From: Chiloscyllium plagiosum
Taxonomy: Eukaryota
Reading direction: 5' to 3'
Assembly: GCF_004010195.1 (NCBI RefSeq)
Contig: NC_057719.1
Location: forward strand, 35,476,107 to 35,540,106
DNA: 64,000 nucleotides
Below are positions 14,071 to 64,000 of this stretch, piece after piece; within the stretch, counting starts at the first letter, position 1, and each line of letters starts with the position of its first letter. The translations under genes were made by a program, and so were the position numbers. The notes beneath the pieces are model-generated. The model searched no databases. It was not told the DNA's origin and saw only the letters and a list, made by a program, of their open reading frames with translations.

Positions 14071-14071
14071 G
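13456..14071 (+). CDS. Large exon of the uncharacterised plus-strand gene
   Basis: ttttag acceptor, 204-codon open frame, TGA followed by G|gtaagc donor. Confidence 0.75.
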
Positions 14072-14094
14072 GTAAGCCATTGTTTTTAAGTGGG

Positions 14095-14330
14095 TAATGC
14101 TAGAGTTCACTGTCTCTCAGCACCAGAGACCCAGGTTCAATTCCCACCTCTGGCAACTGTCTATGTGGGTTTCCTCTTACAGTCCAAAAATGTGCAGGTT
14201 AGGTGGATTGGCTATGCTAAATTGCCTGTAGTGTTAGGGAATGTGTCTGGGTGGGTTGCTCTTTGGAGGGTCAGTGTGGACTTGTTGGGCTGAAGGGCCT
14301 GTTTTCACACTAAGTTAAGTAATCTAATCA
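14095..14330 (+). mobile_element. Degenerate tRNA-derived SINE
   Basis: ggttcaattccc B box, taatctaatc tail; similar to 28175-28490. Confidence 0.7.
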
Positions 14331-14679
14331 AACAAGTACAAAGCCTATCTTGATGAACAGTTTTTAATTTGAAATGTGTGTGCTCACTGTTGTTGGGATA
14401 GACTGTTCCACTGCCCACTTTCTGCACCTAAGCATTGGAACAATAAGTCTAAACTCAGGTATAGTTTGGGAGCTTAAGTCTTTCAATATGTTACCAAAGC
14501 AACACTGCCTCAGCCAAAGCAAAGAGGCTTGTTTTATAGTATTGTGTTCTTTTCTATTTACCTGAAATAGTTGGCATTTTATTTTGCTGTGGCAAAGTTC
14601 CATTGAGTACAAACAATCTTCTAGTACCTTTCCCAAGTTTCTAGTAAACGCCAGCATTTTGGCAGGCTGGAATATTAAA

Positions 14680-14812
14680 GTTTAGATCAGAATGGTGCTG
14701 GAAAAGCACAGCAGGTCAGGAAGCATCCAAGGAGCAGGAAAATCTATTTTCCAGGCAAAAGCCCTTCATCAGGAATAGAGGCAGGAAGCCTCCAGCGGGG
14801 AGAGATAAATGG
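14680..14812 (-). mobile_element. Penelope-derived pLTR fragment
   Basis: Reverse complement of ~70-210. Confidence 0.65.
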
Positions 14813-14829
14813 ATTATTATATTAAATTG

Positions 14830-15270
14830 TAGAGGGTTGAGAAGATTTACCAAGATGTTGCTGGAATGGAGAGTTTTGAGTTAAGGATCAGCTGTACTTT
14901 TCACTGGAGCATAGGATGTGGAGGGGTGGCCTTTTTTAGAGGTTTATAAAATCATGAGTGGCATAAACAAGGTGAATAGCAAGGGCCTTTTCCCTAGAGT
15001 GGGGGAGTACAAAGCCAGGGGCATGTTTAAGGTGAGGGGAAGTTTTAAGGACATGAGGGACATCATTCCACACATGAACCATTGTAAAAAAGAACTGCAA
15101 GAGGAAATGGTGGATACAGGTAGTGACAACACTTAGACATTTGGATAAGTACATGAATAGAAAAGGTTTGGAGGGAAACAGATAAACACAGGCAAGTGGG
15201 ACTAGTTTAGTTTGGGAATGTAGTTGGTGTGGATGAGTTGAACTGAAGGGCCTTTTTCAACATTTAACTC
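14830..15270 (+). mobile_element. CR1 LINE 3' fragment
   Basis: gaggtttataaaatcatgag.../EVYKIM motif. Confidence 0.75.
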
Positions 15271-15658
15271 TTCAGGGAAGCCAGACTCGTACAAGCACAG
15301 TCATCCCCCATGTACGGAAATTGGGGTCAATTGTGATAGTAGATATTTCTTCTGGACCAAGGATCAAACTTGGAACCTTCTGTTACATTGTCTTTAATGT
15401 TAAACCAAAGTTGCTTCTTGGTGGTGGTGATAGCAAGATCTCAGTTCAGCAGATTGAAACAGTATCAATGTTGTATATGTAAGGATGTGCAAGTATGATG
15501 ACATCCTTCTATACAACATTGTTTCTGAAACCAAATTTGTAATGAAATATTTGATATCTTCAAGTTTGGTTATCAAAATATAGTGGTATATACTTGGTCA
15601 CTTTATTCTCTGAAAGAGATTGGGAAAAAGAAAACAAGTGACTGAACTGTTAATTGGT

Positions 15659-15679
15659 GGGGGGGGGGGGGGGGGGGGG
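15659..15679. repeat. Poly-G run (~21 nt)
   Basis: Directly visible. Confidence 0.9.
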
Positions 15680-16596
15680 AAGAGTTTGTTTGTTTGTTTT
15701 TAAACTGTAGGGCTTACAACAAGGAGAGTAAACATGGAAAGTAATTAGTTAGTTTTCATTTCAGAATAACTGGCTTCCAAAAACCAAAGATGCAAGTCTT
15801 TAGGCTTGCAGGAGACCTGGCTAGGGTCACAGGCAAGTTTGATTCTCTCCTTGGTTTTGGAAGATGCATCTTTTGTTGTGCTGTCTAAAGATCTATTTAG
15901 ATAACACTGTTCTATTATCAAAAACTCCACACCATCTTAACCAAAATTTTAAGAACAAGCCAGATATCACTGGGATCATAATAGCGCCAGCTAGGCCATT
16001 TTCAAAAGGTGTTAAGAATTGATGAGTATGGGGTTGCACTTGTGTACAGCTGAATGAGACTAAGATATTAAGTACCAGGCTAAAACCAATTATTCCTCTG
16101 CACTCTTGAGACTTAAGCATTTGTTTCAACTATGCATTTAGAAATTGATACTGTCATTAGGCTGTTTGTGTGAAGCTGTACTGCTTGTACACACTTTCTG
16201 GTAATAAAATTATAATTCAATACTAAATATTTGAATAATATGCTGATAACTTAGTGGATTGGGGAGTATGAGATGTTTTGACTGACTGACTGACTACATC
16301 AGCAAAGCTTTAGAGATTAGGTTAAAGGTATTTCACCATGAGTAACAATACAAGGAGAAAAGAGAAAATTCATTTTGTAGAATGCCCAGGTCTCCATGGA
16401 ATATGGCAGTTCGGTAATACGTGAGTATATGTTTGTATTGAGTCTCAACAGCAGAAGTGAAATTAGGAAGAATTTGCAGTCAGTCCTGAGATATGGTAAA
16501 ATTGATAGCATGACTGAAGAATAAATGCCAGCATGGAATAGGAAGAATGCTTTACTTTAGTAGTTATACTATGTAATGATTCCTTCACTGTTTTAG

Positions 16597-17435
16597 GGTG
16601 AAGAGGATATTCAAATGTATCTAACAGAGCAACGGAGCAAAGAACAGATTGCAGTCGTACACAGATGCAAGAAGTTGAAGATTTCCAAAATTAGCTTGCA
16701 TTGAAACATATGGCATGGCTAGCTATTGTGATCAGACTAGAAATGCCCTTAGTCACAAATCCAATATTTAAATCAGAAGTGGAAATTTACACAATTACTG
16801 CGTGTTTCTCAAACAAAAATAATTCTTTGTTTCTACAAAATTGTTTGCTACTTTTGTAAAGGAATGTAGCACTAAATAGGGTGGCTCAGCCTTTTTTGCA
16901 AGAGCAATGCCCACCTTTTAATACTTTTCTACCCCTCCAAGTCCTACAACAACTTCTTTCCTCAAATGATTTTCCAATTATTTTATGCTGCTTTTTGTTT
17001 TACAAAATGGTGTTCTTTGGTTAGAGATCATTTTTCTCCCATACAATTTTCAACACCAAAGCTACCATCACCTTGCTTTAAAGAAAATAGTAGCTTCTCT
17101 AATCTGTCCACTTAATTAAAACCACGTCTCTGGAAATGATCCTGCAGACAAGCAACAGCAGTAGAAGTAGGCCATAAGTCAATTAATAGCTCCCATTTTC
17201 CTGCCTTTTCACATAACTGAACATAAAGGAATTCAATGAAGGGAATTTAATGATAGCTAATCAGTGGTCAGACTGTTTCCCAAATGAAGACAGTGATAAA
17301 CTTTGAACATAGCTGGATGTGTGGCATATTTAAGAAAGAGGCAGTATACATTCAAGATGTCTATCATGGCAACATTTGTTTATAGTTTTCTTCCAAACTT
17401 GAATGGTACTCAAGTTAACTTTAGTAAAGAATAAA
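16597..17435 (+). other. Candidate terminal exon (3' UTR) of the plus-strand gene
   Basis: tccttcactgttttag acceptor; AATAAA at 17430 (another at 17727); 3' end uncertain. Confidence 0.35.
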
Positions 17436-18799
17436 TCCTTGGTTTCCATGAGACTTATCACTGAATTCTGCACAGCTGCTATTGTGTTACACTTAAATCA
17501 TGTTTGGAATTTAAGGAAACCTGGCTCAAATTGCTCAGAAGAAATACTTTTAAAATTTCACTTATACTTTTGAACATGTCTTTCAGGTTTCTTCCTGGTT
17601 GCAATGCAGTGATGCCAACAGCATGGCCTCAATTTCCACACTAGCTAAAGTCTCAATCATCAAATCATCTCAAGGGATTAGCCATTTTGCTAAAGATCAT
17701 GAAACATTAGCTTCAGATGTTGCTAAAATAAAGTTCCCCAGTGTACTGTAACTCATCTGCACCACAAAGCACCAGCTTTGCATTCTGTATCATTTAAGCA
17801 GGATTTTCTTATTTAGAATGATTCACTATTCTTTCTAGCTTTAACCTAGTCAAAGGTGGCAATAACTAATGTGACAAGACTTAAACTACATTGGGCTCAA
17901 GATTGGTATTAAAAGTTGTTTTAAAATTGCTAATATTAATCGTATGTTTTTGAACACTTTTCGGTATCACTGGCCTATTAAGCAAAGGCCCTAGTTAGCC
18001 TGGGGCTTGATTAGATTACTTTGGATTTAAATCCCATCATGGCAGCTGAAATGAGAGTTCAAGAGGAATGGCTAACCTAATAGTGACTATAAAACCATTG
18101 TTCAGTGTCACTAAAAAATCCACCTGCTTCACCAAGGTCTTTTTGGAAAGAAAATCCTTACCTGGTCAACCCTACACACTGACTCCAAAGCCATAGTATT
18201 ATGGCTGACTCAAGCTCTCTGAAGAATTAGAGGGGCAATAAATGTTAGCCGAGCCAAACTCTTGAACAAATAGAAACACAAGGGGTATGCTATTACCAGA
18301 ACTAGTTTGACTTAAATGGAAAAGTTACTAACAAATTGTTAACACTTTGGTCACATTTCCTTTACTGTTTAATGCAAACTTTTATGCTAACTGGTTAGAA
18401 ACTTTCAATCATGTACATTTGAAATGTATTACTTAATATTGTGAATAACCAAAGCAAAAATAAACATTGAGTTGGGTTTTTTCTAGCTTCAGTTTTTGAG
18501 ATCAGAGTACAAACAAAGAACTGCAGACAATATAATTGCACTTTGCAGTGGAATGCATATAAGGATGTAAAGATTAGAAACAAACAGGAAGCAGCAAGGA
18601 TCTGAGGTGGGACAATAAAAACTAAAAGTGGCAGTTTAACTCCAGTCACTTCAATGTACGTAAGTCAGATTAGAAGTTTTGTGGTACAAGGTTCTATCTA
18701 GAAACAATGTAATCAGAATGCTACAATCTCACAATATGACTGCTGTAGTACACTGATAACATTTTAAATAAAACTGTTTTCAAAGAACATATACAATTA

Positions 18800-18805
18800 T
18801 TTATT
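18800..18805 (-). terminator. Candidate DYNC1H1 polyadenylation signal AATAAA
   Basis: tttatt on plus strand ~390 nt past the stop, followed on the sense strand by U/GU-rich sequence. Confidence 0.55.
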
Positions 18806-19196
18806 CTTTGAAACTGGCAGAAGCATTCCCCTCTCTAGAGGTACAGAAAAGGGAGGAAAAAGTATGAACTGGACACACAAACAACCTGTAATGCAACTCT
18901 AGTATCTCATCACCAGACATACTAATATAACTCAATTTTTCCTATAGAAAAGGATATGAAATCCAGAAACATTGGATCTCAATGCATTGTGAATTTAATG
19001 AGAAAAGAGACTCCAACCATGATGCATAATTTTATCTGTAAAACCAATTAAAATACATTTTCCAACTCTCAGTAGCCATGCCATCTTGTTTATGGAACAT
19101 AAAATTGTTCATTACTTTGAAAGGATTACTACAATTCAGTTCTAAACAACAGCACATGCATGTATGTAATATCATATTTCAAGCAAAAGTTACTAT

Positions 19197-62755
<43,559 letters not shown>

Positions 62756-64000
62756 CTGTAATAAAAAGTGTTTAAACAATAACATTTGCAGCGAAAATTT
62801 TGCACAAGTTTTAGAGCAATTAACCTAAGGTCTGGGAAACGTTACTGGTTAGAAAGTAAAGTGATACATTTACCACTGACAAAAAAGTTACTTAAAATGT
62901 TCCTGGAAAATACTCTCAATTTAGTAAAAGAATAAAAGTATGAACAGGTTTGCAAGAAAACGTGGAAAAATACAGTTCAAGTTTTTTTGTTATTCAACAG
63001 GGAGAGATACAGTTCCACTTCCTTCGATCTAACACTAGAAGTTCACTCCAATATTCAAGAAAACTCACTCAATCACAGGGACAACTAACTGGAGAACAGC
63101 TGAACTGAAAACCTACAATTAGAGAAGTAACATCTAACAGGTTGTTTCTCATGCTGCGGCAGATCCTTCAATTACAGGCTCCTTTCCTCAGTCTTTCAAG
63201 CAGCAGGAACTGTGTCTGTAGTAGCAAAAGCAGGAGAGAGGAACTTACGATTGACTGAGCTGGAGGAGATACTTCAGTCAATCCAAAGGCTGCCATACAG
63301 CTAAGAATCACAAACTCTCAGTACTAGCTGCCTAGCAAGGGAGAATCTGTGTTTTGATAGTGTGGGCCAGGTATTATGCAGGGAACAGAGCAAATGTAAT
63401 GGCTAAGGCACTAGAATCGTGGTTAATCCACAAAATGATTTGGGGAGTACCACATCTTTCACACCATGTAACTTCATCCATTCCTAACCAATTTATTGGA
63501 GTTTATACCCGCTCAATGTTAAGCATGTCAAGAATACAGGCAACATGACAACTTCCTGTAACAAGGCAGCATTCAGGCTAGTGGCAACCTTATTTTCTTT
63601 CCACATATGGGAGGTACATAGTATAAACATGTAGTCTGAAAATTGTTTACACAGGCAACAGTCAACATCCACATTCAATTTTTACTAAGGTTTCAGGAAG
63701 CTCTTTACAAAAGGCTTTCCTACTTTAAATAACAATACTTGGAAAACATTTTTACACAAACTATTGACTCAACTAATTGCTTTGATGAATGCATAAAAAT
63801 ATGGAATGTAAAAGACTTGGAATTTATAGAATAAATTACAGGAAAAATATTTAAGTGAAAAAGATTTAGTAAGATATGCAATCTTAGTAGAAATATCACC
63901 TTCCCCCCACCAATGTCAACACAAACACACAAGTTAAGATTATTACATAACTACATCAAGTAGGGGCATTAGCAATAATGAAAAAGCAGCCCTAGAAAAA

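Noticed and set aside
62756..64000. Possible further DYNC1H1 exon or small ORFs at the window end
   Set aside because: No dynein-like translation found; treated as intron, with the upstream exon outside the window.

Overview
Eukaryotic (vertebrate) genomic DNA, not prokaryotic. The repeat content (CR1/L2-clade LINEs, tRNA-derived SINEs with TAATC tails, Penelope-like elements) suggests a cartilaginous fish, probably a shark; this is an inference. The minus strand carries the 3' half of cytoplasmic dynein 1 heavy chain (DYNC1H1). I traced 44 coding exons from 62755 to the TAA at 19197; with one of two alternative exons they join into a continuous 2232-codon frame covering AAA3, AAA4, stalk, AAA5, AAA6 and the C-terminus. 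The main finding is that the exon encoding the first half of the microtubule-binding domain (MTBD) is present twice in tandem (50896-51091 and 50430-50625). Both copies are 196 nt, intact, phase 1->2 and differ at 16 of 66 residues, so only one can be used per mRNA. A distant branch point with a 178-nt AG-free zone and a well-placed RBFOX-type UGCAUG suggest tissue-regulated switching. A small uncharacterised plus-strand gene (~5.4-17 kb) lies tail-to-tail with DYNC1H1. Introns contain many Penelope-derived fragments with hammerhead-ribozyme-like cores, often as inverted pairs, including a ~440-bp spacer-less palindrome. Exon coordinates were read by hand from splice sites; repeat boundaries are approximate.
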